Positions 23,338 to 33,272 of a stretch of 40,000 nt of DNA are shown piece after piece; position 1 is the first letter of the stretch; every line of letters begins with the position of its first letter. Where the stretch lies: sequence record NC_055889.1; one strand, written 5' to 3'. Below the pieces are notes generated by a model that saw nothing but the letters and a program-made list of their open reading frames with translations, was not told the DNA's origin and did not search any database. This stretch comes from an uncultured phage cr53_1. A program made the position numbers and the translations under genes.

Positions 23338-23865
23338 TTATGCAGCTAATGCTAAAGCAGGAGCTTCAATATTAAGTTCTGCTTTCTCATTAAAATCTGT
23401 AATGTCTTTATTGATTTTGTTAATTTCTAATTGTAATTTATTTTTTAGACCTGCAATATAAGCTGAAGTAAGCTCTTCAGTTTTATCTAGGTTCTTCTTT
23501 CCTTTAGAACGTTTAAGCTTCGGATCAAGAGTCTTAATCTTACTTAAGTGAAACAACTGTTCAGTCTTTTCACATAAAGTAAAGATGTTAAGATAGTTAT
23601 TATCTTTAGGTAATTCGGTAAACTTCTTATAACCCATATTAATACACTGCATATACAGTTTTAATAATATGCGTTCTTCAGATAGAGTTTTAATCTTCTG
23701 AAGTAACTCTTTTAAGTCATAATTACGTTTAGCCTCTTTTGGAATAACATTTTCTTCTTTAATCTTATTCCAATAGAAAGTAATTTCATTAGAAATTTCC
23801 TTAATACGACCGATTTTACCTTTATTCTTATCTCCGAGCAAATATATTGATGTAATTGATTTCAT
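23338..23865 (-). CDS. Hypothetical coiled-coil-like protein
   Basis: 175 aa charged, Lys/Glu/Leu-rich. Confidence 0.55.
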   Translation of the reverse strand: MKSITSIYLLGDKNKGKIGRIKEISNEITFYWNKIKEENVIPKEAKRNYDLKELLQKIKTLSEERILLKLYMQCINMGYKKFTELPKDNNYLNIFTLCEKTEQLFHLSKIKTLDPKLKRSKGKKNLDKTEELTSAYIAGLKNKLQLEINKINKDITDFNEKAELNIEAPALALAA

Positions 23866-23919
23866 ATTGATTAATGTTTTTAAATGTTAAATACTCGACC
23901 AAACTACATCTACCAGTAG

Positions 23920-24481
23920 TAGTCCCTATGGGATTCAAACCCATAACTTACACATTAAAATATTAAGCAGTTAGTTGATTATAACGATATATTCTATCAC
24001 TGTGTTTATTTTTAGATTTATATGTATCTAATTGAGAATCACAGTTTGGGCATAACAATCTTAAATTATTACGTCTATTATTATTTGCATGACCATCTAT
24101 ATGATCTAGAACAAATATTAAATCTTTATTGTTCCAATAATTATCGCATCCACATATACTACATTTGTTATTTTGTTCTTTTAAGATATACTTTTTTATC
24201 CAAAACATTGATGTTTTTCCGTAGTACTTGTCTTGATCTTTAAGATAATCCAAGTATTTTTGTTGTGACATATATTCGCGTTGACATTTATTAGAACAGT
24301 AAATTCCATACGAAGAATATTTCGGATGAAATTCTTTTCCGCAATTTTTACATATTGCTATTTTTTTAGATTCGTTATTAGGTCTCATAATATTTCTCTT
24401 TTATGTTATTATTAACATAACGAAGAAACTTAGAGCTAGTTGCAAAAAGTGTGTTACTCTATTCAATTGAGTTAAGGGACT
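23920..24481 (-). tRNA. tRNA-Lys(UUU) interrupted in the anticodon loop (5' part ~24445-24481, 3' part ~23920-23957)
   Basis: AGTCCCT-TA-ACTC-AATTGAATA-GAGT-A-ACACA-CTTTT ... AA-TGTGT-AAGTT-ATGGG-TTTGAAT-CCCAT-AGGGACT-A; all four stems pair perfectly once the halves are joined, loop CTTTTAA. Confidence 0.75.
23963..24388 (-). CDS. HNH endonuclease inserted in tRNA-Lys
   Basis: CKNCGKEFHPKYSSYGIYCSNKC zinc ribbon; CSICGCDNYWNNKDLIFVLDHIDGHANNNRRNNLRLLCPNCDSQ HNH core. Confidence 0.9.
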   Translation of the reverse strand: MRPNNESKKIAICKNCGKEFHPKYSSYGIYCSNKCQREYMSQQKYLDYLKDQDKYYGKTSMFWIKKYILKEQNNKCSICGCDNYWNNKDLIFVLDHIDGHANNNRRNNLRLLCPNCDSQLDTYKSKNKHSDRIYRYNQLTA

Positions 24482-24491
24482 GTGTAGTAAT

Positions 24492-24543
24492 AACTGCCCA
24501 ATTCAGCAGTAATTACTATAAATAGTACCCGATTCAGTACTAT
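24492..24543. other. Two tandem hairpins with near-identical 8-nt loops
   Basis: ACTGC-CCAATTCA-GCAGT (24493-24510) and ATAGTAC-CCGATTCA-GTACTAT (24522-24543); stems differ, loops conserved. Confidence 0.6.
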
Positions 24544-24574
24544 GAAATTATGTTGTTTTAAGATAATATCCAAA

Positions 24575-25138
24575 TCAATATTTTCTAAATTTTCTTAACT
24601 GGCCGAGTACTATAGGAATAACCCGTCCACCAGTCTTAATTCCAACTATTCCATTAAGCCCTTCAAGGTTAACGTCTTCAACGTTGGTTATACCATTTTC
24701 TCTTGCATATTTTTTGATATTCTCTTGATTAATCCATTTAGAATGTAGTTCCCCATCTGAACAATTCCGCATACAATCAAACAAAATATCAACTATACAA
24801 TCGAAATCCTTACGTTTCTTTGCCTCATCAATTATACTTTTAGTAATCTCGTCAAAGGCATATTCATTTCGAGTCGAATTTGACCCAGTAATTGCATCTG
24901 CTATACTAATAGAAGCATCTATAATACTTACCGATTCATAAGTATTAAATAATCTTTGCCACCATAATGGCCCACTTCCGTAAAATAGAAAGACCCGTCC
25001 ATCTTCTCTAATACTTACTTTTTTAGGCGTTTCGGTACGTCCTCCATTCCAAATCTGAATTTTAGACAATATGGCTGGCTCAGAACATATTAGAATTCGC
25101 AGAAGTTCTACACGTAATGAAGAAAGTCTGCCGTTCAT
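24575..25138 (-). CDS. Hypothetical protein
   Basis: 187 aa ORF ending TGA; same frame as the upstream ORF, separated by two consecutive TAG codons. Confidence 0.6.
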   Translation of the reverse strand: MNGRLSSLRVELLRILICSEPAILSKIQIWNGGRTETPKKVSIREDGRVFLFYGSGPLWWQRLFNTYESVSIIDASISIADAITGSNSTRNEYAFDEITKSIIDEAKKRKDFDCIVDILFDCMRNCSDGELHSKWINQENIKKYARENGITNVEDVNLEGLNGIVGIKTGGRVIPIVLGQLRKFRKY

Positions 25139-25147
25139 AAGCTTCTA

Positions 25148-25774
25148 CTATTTTTCTTCAGTAATTGTAGCAGTTACGTGAATTTCAGTTTCCTGATTAT
25201 CTAAACCGCACTGCCGTAAATACTCAACCTGCATACGCTGATTCATATCCATATAACTACGGACAGTTTCAGCTAACTGCATACACTTACGTGTCATCTC
25301 TTCATAGAAGTTCAACACACTCTGGTTGGATAACTTAGTTAAGTCATTCAACATAGGAAGTTCTTCAGCTGTAAAGAACATAGGTTTAGAACCCGGTTTA
25401 CTCAACCGTTCAATACACTCAATTACATTCTGCCGTGTTGCTTTAGTAAATTCAGGATCAGCAAGCTCAAAGACTAATGACGGATCATTCTTCTTTTCAT
25501 TCAAAATGATTTTCGGACGTCCATCAACATCCTTCTCAAGTAAGCTTACTGATTCAACATCAATAGCCTTGAGAATATAAGCTTTTACTTCCTGACGGAA
25601 AGTATTCTTACCTGTAGCTACATCTTCTTTCCACTTAAGGTCAGGAGTTTGTGCTACAATTGTAAATATCTGCTGTCCAAAGAAAGGCCCAAACTTCTGG
25701 GCTGTTTGCCGATAGCGAGCTAAAATTTGAGCTGCTAAACCCGGAGTGTTAGCTCCATTAATATTATTTTCCAT
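25148..25774 (-). CDS. Hypothetical protein; start likely at MENNINGANTPG (25774) rather than 25831
   Basis: AAAAAGGA purine-rich stretch just upstream of ATG 25774; 208 aa, ending TAG TAG. Confidence 0.65.
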   Translation of the reverse strand: MENNINGANTPGLAAQILARYRQTAQKFGPFFGQQIFTIVAQTPDLKWKEDVATGKNTFRQEVKAYILKAIDVESVSLLEKDVDGRPKIILNEKKNDPSLVFELADPEFTKATRQNVIECIERLSKPGSKPMFFTAEELPMLNDLTKLSNQSVLNFYEEMTRKCMQLAETVRSYMDMNQRMQVEYLRQCGLDNQETEIHVTATITEEK

Positions 25775-25839
25775 AAAAATGTTCCTTTTTGAGTCCGTAC
25801 TTGATATACCAATACGAACATAGTTATACAAAAAATTGT

Positions 25840-27900
25840 TAAAGTCTCTCCACTGTTCGATTATTTAATAGCTATTCAGAATAGGAATAGGTGAATTCAA
25901 TCACATAATCTACTAAGCACAAAAATAATAAATTGAAAATTTATGAGAAATACTCTGCGAGTTACTTCTGATAATTTCTGCTATTTTTCTTAGTTTTATC
26001 GTCCCGTTTCGACGGTTGAAATTCAACTTATACGATGTTCAACGCACCTCTCACCGTAAGCGTATAACGCGATTAGATGCGATATAAGCCACTTTATCAT
26101 CAGTTCCTTAGAACCTACTGAGTATGTCCGGTATTATCGAAATTCGTCAGAATTACGGTTGTTTAATCTAACATTACTAAAATCATAGACTCATTGCTTA
26201 TAGCATGACCCATCTATACCATTTCCAGGATTTGTTTGTTTATACTGCACGAACATTAGGATTTCCACCTATCATCGTCTCCTTGTTTGCTTATGGAATA
26301 TCTTCATCATAAGTGTACTATTGCCCTTACAGAGACAGTGTAAGAAACAACACAGGTAACTAACGATTCAGCGTTCTCTCACATACAATGTTGCGCATTG
26401 TACTTTACGAGTGTCTTAACAGTCAGCAATGTCGGTTGGCAGTCGGGGTGACTCGTACTCCTTAACTTCTACTTTACAATAGTAGCTTGAAATCTCTGTA
26501 CTATCATTGGACTTCCCAATTAGTTAAATAGTTAAACAATTAGAGTTCATTTTATCATAGCTGACTCTATTCAGCGTAAGTAAAGTTGATTCATTAAGTA
26601 TATCATCATATACTATAATTATTATTAAACTGGTTTTAGGATTCTAACCCTAAAGCATCTTTAATAACTCTATTTACTTCCTTAATCCATAACGATGTTT
26701 ATTATCCAAAATTCTGGTATGAACTAGTATAATAAATCAAAGGCATTTACATATCTTGAAATGCTTAAGCTCTGCCGTTTTTTACAAGGAGTTTTCTCTG
26801 CGTCTCCTAATTTTACTTATTACTACGTAATAACACTTGCTAAAGGTGTCCGCTTCTAAGTTCAGGGTTATAGCGCCCTCATACTCGCATTTTAGACTAT
26901 TATATTTTAGTCTCGTCATTTCTCATATATTATACTCATCTACACGACAAAACTCATGAGTCACCTTAGACTTGAAAGACGGTATCAATCTCATATGCCT
27001 CATCCCTTATACGTAAGTTCTTTTACAGCACGCTAATTACGATAGCGCACAGGATTGGCTCCTGCTCCACGGTAATCAGTCAAGCTTTAACATTTACATG
27101 TTTAATTCTTGGATCATTGCGTTTCCAGCTTTCATATCCTTACTTTGCATAAGTATGTACCATAACACGGTTATCCTTACATTAGTATTAGTAATTTACT
27201 CCCTTCATAAGTACAAGTTCTAATATCCACAATTGCATATTACATCACAGCTGATGTGTACTGAACACTAGAGTTAGCCTGTTTCCCTTTCTGGACGCAC
27301 AGTAGCGCTTTTGTTAACCGATTTTGGAGACCGGTAATGCGTTATCTGCAATCTCTTTTTTTCCATGAGTTGGCTGCTTGCTTAAGGTGAAACTAACCTT
27401 TGCCTTTCAGCTTTACTTACTCTTTCCAAAGGAGTAAGTCAGGAACCGTATTGCCCCTGTTTCGTCATCGTGTTTATATCCCTTTTTGATTCTGCTTTTG
27501 ATAAACTAATACGGATATATGGATTTCGTTCCACTTGCTTAAGTTTGTAATTCAGTGTGTCTTCTCTTAAATTACGAGTCTTTAGTAACAGTAATCGCCA
27601 GTACGGTTCTCATCATGTCGTTACTTAGAGAGGATTATGCACTCTTATCCCCTTTTACCTTCCGTTTTTCAGACGTTTAGGCCTATTATCCTACCTTTTG
27701 AGTAATCTCACTGTGTTAGCAGCTAACATATTCTCGGATTCTGTATTGTTTCGGGCCAGTAGAAATGACTACAGCTCCCTGACAGGTGCGACCAGTATTG
27801 TTGTATACCTTACCGCATGACTTCCCCGGAGTGATTTACGCTACAGTTTTACTCCTCTCGAACTGTGATATAATTAAAGTATTTATTATACGGTTATTAT
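25840..27900 (-). ncRNA. Candidate very large structured ncRNA or ncRNA cluster; no ORF
   Basis: ~2 kb without any ORF in the supplied track, dense hairpins such as ACTTACTC-TTTCCAAAG-GAGTAAGT (27415-27439) and a junction enclosed by ATCGT/ACGAT (25998-26002/26032-26036); flanked by co-directional minus-strand genes. Confidence 0.5.
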
Positions 27901-27902
27901 CA

Positions 27903-28325
27903 CTAACTTTTTACCGTAGGGCTGTCATCTTTAGCCGTTAATCCTTGTTTTGGTGTATTGATGCTTATTATTTCACCAGTGGTAAGATTAATAGAAGCTA
28001 CTACTTTCTTACCTAGACATATGTCGACAAACTTATTTTTTACATCACTACTACTGATGTAGTCTATTGGTTCCATTTTTGAAGCATCAAAACCATCCAA
28101 ACATTTACAAGCATTACTTACAGACGAACGTAAGTACTGTTCTACATATAAACAATTAGTTATACTACTGTTAGCTTGGTCTCTAATAAAAGTAGACTGA
28201 TTACCTTCTACTATAAAGTATTCAGTTTGAGCTTGAATAGAATTCAATTTAGCTCTTGCTTCTCTTGAGTCCTTAATAATACGTGATAAACGTATCATTT
28301 GTTGAAGTATAATTTTATTGTTCAT
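27903..28325 (-). CDS. Hypothetical protein
   Basis: 140 aa ORF. Confidence 0.55.
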   Translation of the reverse strand: MNNKIILQQMIRLSRIIKDSREARAKLNSIQAQTEYFIVEGNQSTFIRDQANSSITNCLYVEQYLRSSVSNACKCLDGFDASKMEPIDYISSSDVKNKFVDICLGKKVVASINLTTGEIISINTPKQGLTAKDDSPTVKS

Positions 28326-28716
28326 ATTTATCTACTATTGTTAATGGAGTTGTCGGTGATTCGTCATCAGATACCTTACTTATAGCTTTTACTTTCGGAT
28401 ATCCTGTTGAATTCGTCTTCTCTATTACTTTAGTTTTCCACTTAACTACTGGTTTTGGTTCGCCAGTAGTTTTTACATTCACTTTTGCGTCTGTTGTTCC
28501 TTTCACGGATACTTCTAATGTAGATAAGTCTACCTCGACATCTATCTCATCTACAGACTTTTTCTCCTCTTTTATTACTTTAGGGAAGTTAGGTAACTCC
28601 ACTATAGAGGGTATAACAGGCTGCGCCTGTATAACTTCTGTAGTTGCGAACATTTGCCTACCAATGAATACACTGACAACAAACATTCCAACTACAGTTA
28701 ACATTCTATTATTCAT
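28315..28716 (-). CDS. Membrane-anchored or exported hypothetical protein
   Basis: N-terminal MLTVVGMFVVSVFIG hydrophobic segment then a charged domain. Confidence 0.55.
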   Translation of the reverse strand: MNNRMLTVVGMFVVSVFIGRQMFATTEVIQAQPVIPSIVELPNFPKVIKEEKKSVDEIDVEVDLSTLEVSVKGTTDAKVNVKTTGEPKPVVKWKTKVIEKTNSTGYPKVKAISKVSDDESPTTPLTIVDKYEQ

Positions 28717-28777
28717 TTGATATGATATTTATTAGAATGGCTATTCTTCTAGGATATGAATTTTTAAAAGAAACTTT

Positions 28778-30301
28778 TTAAACCAGTTTAGTTTTTTTTT
28801 CAGTCCCTTCAGATTTCTCTTCATTCTTAGGATATTCGTCTTCCTTTGGAGCTATTAAATCTCCTTGACAATACTCTGCAAGACGATCAGCCGGGTCTCG
28901 ATACAAATTAATAATCTGACCTACAACCATACGCATCTTATCAAGCGTAGGAGTCTCCTTCTGTTTGTCAAAGTAATTGGTACGAATACTCCCTAGAACT
29001 TTACGGGCAACTTCACGTGCAGCTTCAAGTTCAGTCTTCTTACTGTCTTCTACACCATCGGTAGTAATAGTATAGTCAGCAAATAACTTATCAATGTAGT
29101 CATTGCCCAGTAAGCCAGTAATAGCATTAATTGCTTTATCTTCTTCCGGCTTTGCTTCAGGATCATCCTTCAGTTTATAGCGGAAGTTTTCTCCAATTAA
29201 AGCACGTAATGCTTCTGCTACTTGTTCTTCACTCCAACCGGCTTTAGACATGTGCGTATGCATGATAGAGTGAGCCATACACGGTGAACCTGTCTGTGAA
29301 GTATATAAGTATACAGCGCGACCTAAACCACGCAAGATAGCTGTAGGCTGGATAATAGAGAATATCTCATTGATCCAATCTGTAACTGTCTTCTCGTCTA
29401 ATGCAAGCTTCTTATCTGCATCAGTTTCTTTCAGGCCACGATATACACGATACCATTCTACAGTGTTAACTATATTTTCTGCCACATTTTTCTCTTTAGA
29501 GATGAGGTAATTAAGGGCAGTTTTCAATTCCTCATCATTAGCAATCTTGTTAGGATCAAGCTCTGGAATTTCTACTTTTGGCTTGCTGTTTGCAAGTTCT
29601 GTAGGTACTTCACTTTCTGAGAAGTTAATAGACATTTGTCCATCGTTCCCAGGCAGAGCTTTAGCAGGAGCTAGTTTAATACCTAGCATTTCTGCCATAC
29701 TTTGCAGCGGTAATACTTGGTCTGCAGCTATCTGTAACTGCAATTCGCCACGTTCACCACGGTCGAACAAGTCTTGACGTACATCGACAAGAGCTAACAA
29801 AGTAACTACATCAATGCTACGATTGATGTCTGCATATAACTCAGGATATTGCTTCTTGAGTTCTTCATTGTTAGCATAACGCTGTTGCATTACAAATGCT
29901 AACATAGCCTTACCATCAACAGATGATTCTCTTGAACCAATAGGTATACCGGCCGTAGGAATTCCTGTGATAAGGTTTGCAGCACGTTCTACAGCTTTCT
30001 TTTCAGGGCTGTTCTTACCTGTTGCATCTTCAGGAATGATTGTAGGAATTTTCTCTTCCTTCTTTTTAGGCTTATCCGGACTTTTAGGGGCATCCTTCTT
30101 CGCCTGAACCTTAGTTTCCTTAGCTGTAGTAGGAGCTTTCTTTGCATCCTCTACTTTAGCATCTTTCGGCTTGTTATCTACCTGAGGATTAGTTTCCTCT
30201 TTCTTGTTCTCAGTGTTGTTTACTTTAGCTTCAGCTTTTGCTGCTGCTTTTGCTGCTTTCAAGGCTGCCTTTCTTTCAGCCTTACTCATTTCTTTTGCCA
30301 T
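28778..30301 (-). CDS. Hypothetical protein, Ala/Lys-rich N-terminus and conserved-looking globular C-terminus
   Basis: 507 aa ORF. Confidence 0.7.
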   Translation of the reverse strand: MAKEMSKAERKAALKAAKAAAKAEAKVNNTENKKEETNPQVDNKPKDAKVEDAKKAPTTAKETKVQAKKDAPKSPDKPKKKEEKIPTIIPEDATGKNSPEKKAVERAANLITGIPTAGIPIGSRESSVDGKAMLAFVMQQRYANNEELKKQYPELYADINRSIDVVTLLALVDVRQDLFDRGERGELQLQIAADQVLPLQSMAEMLGIKLAPAKALPGNDGQMSINFSESEVPTELANSKPKVEIPELDPNKIANDEELKTALNYLISKEKNVAENIVNTVEWYRVYRGLKETDADKKLALDEKTVTDWINEIFSIIQPTAILRGLGRAVYLYTSQTGSPCMAHSIMHTHMSKAGWSEEQVAEALRALIGENFRYKLKDDPEAKPEEDKAINAITGLLGNDYIDKLFADYTITTDGVEDSKKTELEAAREVARKVLGSIRTNYFDKQKETPTLDKMRMVVGQIINLYRDPADRLAEYCQGDLIAPKEDEYPKNEEKSEGTEKKTKLV

Positions 30302-30375
30302 TTTTGATAATGTTTTAAAGTGTTAAAATAAAAGTTATTATTAAGTACAATTAAAAAGATAGATTAGTTTAAGAG

Positions 30376-30747
30376 TTAACTATCATCCTCTATTTCTGGT
30401 GAGTCACGTCCATTAGTAAAAGTATTATTTTTAGTTAGTGCATCGAATAATTCTTCATCTTTAACAATGTAACCTGCAACCCCAGTAAGGCGAACGGTAG
30501 TACCTTCTGTCACTGTAGCTACTAAGCTTTGCATGCATGTTAAAGCATCATCATTACTCATGGTGCTAACTAAACTAGTAAGAGAAGTAGTTTTATCATT
30601 ATCTGACTTAACTACTTCCTTACTCAAAATACCTACTAATAGACCAGCCATAATGGCGAAAACAAGTTTCCACCACATTCCTGTACTACGAAATAATCGC
30701 GCAAGGATAAATGCTACAGTTAATAGCCCAATAATTGCTGGTGTCAT
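30376..30747 (-). CDS. Small membrane protein
   Basis: MTPAIIGLLTVAFILARLF...WWKLVFAIMAGLLVGILS, two transmembrane-like segments. Confidence 0.6.
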   Translation of the reverse strand: MTPAIIGLLTVAFILARLFRSTGMWWKLVFAIMAGLLVGILSKEVVKSDNDKTTSLTSLVSTMSNDDALTCMQSLVATVTEGTTVRLTGVAGYIVKDEELFDALTKNNTFTNGRDSPEIEDDS

Positions 30748-30763
30748 AATTAGTAAATGTTTT

Positions 30764-31324
30764 TTAGTTTAACAATTGTTTTAATTTCTCTCTCGCTTTA
30801 TTAAGACGAGATTTTACTTGAGACTCAGAGAGCTCAAGATGTTCAGCAATCTCTTTGTAAGAAAGATTCTGAACTGTGCGTAGTTCAAGTATATACCTAT
30901 ACTTATAGCGAAGTCTACTTAGTGCGTCAGATAACTTACTATCTGTCTCATGATATATGTATAAATCCTCTGGTGAGCTGTCGGCCGAACTGCTTACCTG
31001 TAGACAGTTATTATCATTATCTAATTCATAATCATACTTCTCTTTTTTGGTACGTCGTATATAATCAATACTACTATTTATAGCGATAGTTTTTAACCAC
31101 ATCTCAAATGAAATATGATTAACATAACTAGCTATCTTAAAGAAAGCTTTAGTAAACGTTACAGATACTAAGTCATCTGTTACATCCTTATTGTGTACAA
31201 TATTATATATAGTATTGTATATAATTCTGTGATAACGATTATAAAGCTGTGTGAAGGCATATTGTTTACCTTCTTTAGCCTGCTTGATCAGATCTAAAAG
31301 CTGTTGTCTTTCTTCATCTGTCAT
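30764..31324 (-). CDS. RNA polymerase sigma-70 factor, ECF family
   Basis: AFTQLYNRYHRIIYNTIYNIVHNKDVTDDLVSVTFTKAFFKI (region 2) and ALSRLRYKYRYILELRTVQNLSYKEIAEHLELSESQVKSRLNKAREKLKQLL (region 4 HTH). Confidence 0.9.
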   Translation of the reverse strand: MTDEERQQLLDLIKQAKEGKQYAFTQLYNRYHRIIYNTIYNIVHNKDVTDDLVSVTFTKAFFKIASYVNHISFEMWLKTIAINSSIDYIRRTKKEKYDYELDNDNNCLQVSSSADSSPEDLYIYHETDSKLSDALSRLRYKYRYILELRTVQNLSYKEIAEHLELSESQVKSRLNKAREKLKQLLN

Positions 31325-31473
31325 AATTACGGGCTTTTATAAAGTTTTGTTTGACACACCATCCTTCCACACTGCTGCTCTACTGTCAGAATTTAATCTA
31401 ATCTCAGTGTCATGTAGGTCACAGCCCTCAAACTTTTATTAGTACTTATAGAGGCGATCAAACCTCTATAAGC

Positions 31474-31866
31474 TTAAAATGGCAATTCTAGTATATTCCT
31501 ACAATAATATTCATACCAATCTTTGTAGAATTTATTATAAGTATCCCATATACATTCCATGAATTCTATTTTCATAGGTCTAGTAAGTACACTAGTAGGA
31601 GTATTATTAATTAATCCACATAATATTCTTATACGAACCTTTAGAGTTAAATCTTTATCGACTCCTATCTTTTGTATTATCCTATTATCAAACCAAAATA
31701 TTAAATATTTTACAGTTTGAACTTTATAAGATTCATGAAATTCTAGTTCTTTTAATTCCCTTTTTTGTATTCTTAAAAAGGTATACCACTCAGGTCGCCA
31801 GTTAAATGAACTATACTTAACTCCCCAAGTGGTATATATATGATTTGTCAAACTATAAATTAACAT
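31474..31866 (-). CDS. Hypothetical protein
   Basis: 130 aa; ATG overlaps the TAG stop of the upstream gene. Confidence 0.55.
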   Translation of the reverse strand: MLIYSLTNHIYTTWGVKYSSFNWRPEWYTFLRIQKRELKELEFHESYKVQTVKYLIFWFDNRIIQKIGVDKDLTLKVRIRILCGLINNTPTSVLTRPMKIEFMECIWDTYNKFYKDWYEYYCRNILELPF

Positions 31867-32314
31867 ATTGCTGCTTTACTCTTTTAGCTATTTTCATTAG
31901 TACTACATTAATTTGTGCTAATGACCAGCCTGTAGTCTCTAATATATAAGCTTTAGTTGCGGCTACACCTCGTCCATATATTCCAATATTTTCAAGGTAT
32001 TTATTAGTAAATGTCTTTAACTGTTCGTCAGTTATAGCGGGCATTTTTGTACCATGTATCGATTGTCGATAAGATGGTAATGAACATATTTCTGAGTATT
32101 CATACTCTAGAAAAACAAATTTGTCAGGATTTGCTAATACGCTCTGAATTTCAATAGATTCTTCAGGTAGTATTGTGAATTCTCCTTTCTGTACTAAGTC
32201 ATTAACTAATAGTGCAGAAGTAATTCTCATACAAGGAACTTCTCCAATTATATTAGCAAGAAGTTCAAAGTTTTCACCTACAATTCTGTAGATACCAGGA
32301 TGATTGAGTCTCAT
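31853..32314 (-). CDS. Hypothetical protein
   Basis: 153 aa; TAG stop at 31853-31855 overlapped by the next gene start. Confidence 0.6.
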   Translation of the reverse strand: MRLNHPGIYRIVGENFELLANIIGEVPCMRITSALLVNDLVQKGEFTILPEESIEIQSVLANPDKFVFLEYEYSEICSLPSYRQSIHGTKMPAITDEQLKTFTNKYLENIGIYGRGVAATKAYILETTGWSLAQINVVLMKIAKRVKQQYVNL

Positions 32315-32496
32315 AGTTGATTAATTTCTTTTTTAAAGTTATTTACTATTCCAGATACTTCTGATAAAGTTAACTCTGGATACTTTTGCATCACTTTATT
32401 AACTGCATCAATGTCAGATTTAGCTGACCTGAGCAAGTTAATGAACTCTGTTCTTTCATGTTTAGAGTCAAACCAAGCAAAATATCTTACACGCAT
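32311..32496 (-). CDS. Hypothetical small protein
   Basis: 61 aa; ATGA overlap with the upstream start. Confidence 0.5.
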   Translation of the reverse strand: MRVRYFAWFDSKHERTEFINLLRSAKSDIDAVNKVMQKYPELTLSEVSGIVNNFKKEINQL

Positions 32497-32765
32497 TGAT
32501 ATTCGTATTCTTTTATTTTACTACTTAATTCATTCCATTTAGTAATATCTATATCAGTAGCATCTACTAAATGTATTATGTCACATTTAGTATTGAATAC
32601 TCTTCTAATATAAGATATTCCTTCTTTGTAGTGATACTTATTCTTATAAGCACGAGGTACTACATTATGAAGACGAGTTATTAATTCGGTCTTCATTCTC
32701 ATCTCTGTTGCAGCTTTCTCCCATGATTCTGGAAGGTTCTGTCTAATAAAATTCATTAATCCCAT
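32487..32765 (-). CDS. Hypothetical small protein
   Basis: 92 aa ORF in the operon-like run. Confidence 0.5.
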   Translation of the reverse strand: MGLMNFIRQNLPESWEKAATEMRMKTELITRLHNVVPRAYKNKYHYKEGISYIRRVFNTKCDIIHLVDATDIDITKWNELSSKIKEYEYQCV

Positions 32766-33248
32766 TTCAAATTAATTTATTGATTAAATTATTTATTCAA
32801 ATACCATGTCTTCTTTTTCAAACCACATTCTTTTATGTGGATTTCCAAAGAAGTTTTCTAGTTTTTGTAATTCTAGTGGTAGTTCTTCATTAAATTCAAG
32901 TAAGAAGATTCCCTTTTTTTCGGGCCAAGGATTTTCTTTAATTACATTGCAATAATAAAGTTTATTATCATGTTCTACTACACATTTTCTCATATAATTT
33001 ATGTTAATAATTAAATTAATAATCTTTCATAAATAAATCAAATAGTGTCGTTAAATACGTGTAATCTACACTGCTTTTGAATAATACAGTACTATTCAAT
33101 CCAGTATAACGTATATATAAGAAATACATATACCTGTCTTCTTTAGGTATATAAGAGTGCTCCCAAGTAACTATATAATTTTTAGTACTCTTATAATTTT
33201 CTCTTAAATAATTGATTTTACTTTCCATATTAATTAGTTTTTAATTGT

Positions 33249-33272
33249 AGCATTGAAGGGAATCGAACCCTT
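33249..33272 (-). other. Orphan tRNA-like T-arm and acceptor half
   Basis: AAGGG-TTCGATT-CCCTT-CAATGCT; no convincing 5' half within 100 nt upstream. Confidence 0.4.

Noticed and set aside
26636-26665. Possible tRNA T-arm (GGGTTAGAATCCT)
   Set aside because: Loop length and pairing are wrong and no D-arm or anticodon arm is present.
25840-27900. Possible coding region under a reassigned stop codon
   Set aside because: Translating part of the minus strand gives TAA, TAG and TGA all in frame at high density, so no single reassignment opens it.
25840-27900. ORF-less group II intron or rRNA fragment
   Set aside because: I found no domain V-like GAGC...GTTC hairpin and no recognisable rRNA signature; left as an unassigned structured RNA.
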